The translations under genes and the position numbers were made by a program. A DNA stretch of 64,000 bases from Alphaproteobacteria bacterium (GTDB taxonomy: Bacteria > Pseudomonadota > Alphaproteobacteria > Rhizobiales > TMED25), in NCBI GenBank assembly GCA_045565315.1, contig JBJLFO010000001.1, forward strand, positions 977,061 through 1,041,060, in the 5' to 3' direction. Below, one piece after another: positions 63,732 through 64,000 of this stretch (position 1 is its first letter; each line of letters begins with the position of its first letter). Below the pieces are notes generated by a model. The model was not told the DNA's origin. It saw nothing but the letters and a program-made list of their open reading frames with translations, and did no database searches.

Positions 63732-64000
63732 ATGGTTAAAAAAATTGAGCCAGCGGATATAAACAAACTTGAGTTTGAAGAAGCAATGGAAATGCTTAAT
63801 GAAATAATACAAGGCCTTGAAAGTGGAGAGGTGAGATTATCTCAATCCGTAGAAAAATTTGAAATTGGTTCTGAGCTTGCCAAGCATTGTAAGAAATTAC
63901 TCGACGATGCAGAGTTACGGATAAATGCAATCAAAATTAATAATGTGGGAAATATAGTTAGTTCATCCGAACTTAATGAGTCTGATCAAAGTGATAAAAA
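63732..64000 (+). CDS. xseB: Exodeoxyribonuclease VII small subunit, 3' truncated by the window edge (absent from the ORF track)
   Basis: MVKKIEPADINKLEFEEAMEMLNEIIQGLESGEVRLSQSVEKFEIGSELAKHCKKLLDDAELRI matches XseB. No stop before 64000; alternative ATG at 63720. Confidence 0.92.
   Translation, partial: MVKKIEPADINKLEFEEAMEMLNEIIQGLESGEVRLSQSVEKFEIGSELAKHCKKLLDDAELRINAIKINNVGNIVSSSELNESDQSDK

Overview
AT-rich (about 30% GC by eye), very compact chromosome segment of a streamlined alphaproteobacterium. Gene order and protein signatures are Hyphomicrobiales/Rhizobiales-like, and a marine habitat is inferred. Almost all of it is housekeeping: ribF-ileS-lspA-mutL, rsmD/rluB/tadA, purD, xseA, lpxK-waaA-ubiA, rsmE-gshA, the aa3 cytochrome c oxidase operon, thrC/thrB, rnhA, ispH, the F0 ATP synthase operon, smc-dsbA-dciA, mutY/ccrM/rnhB, ETF-QO, ispE/ispB, glyQS-ppdK, nadABC, ygfZ, acuI, sua5 and xseB. 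I saw no rRNA, tRNA, CRISPR array, transposase or integrase. The most notable structure is a roughly 1.39 kb single-gene insertion. A dadA-like D-amino acid dehydrogenase with a structured leader resembling a decayed glycine riboswitch sits between two diverged ~120 bp direct repeats of the 5' end of a NUDIX gene. One copy is frameshifted; the other restores the gene and also supplies the dadA stop codon. Other points are a probable ATT start on a Bcr/CflA transporter, an unlisted coxF-like small ORF, and TadA, UDG and LpxK homologs with altered conserved motifs. All calls come from reading the sequence and recalled motifs; no database searches were run.
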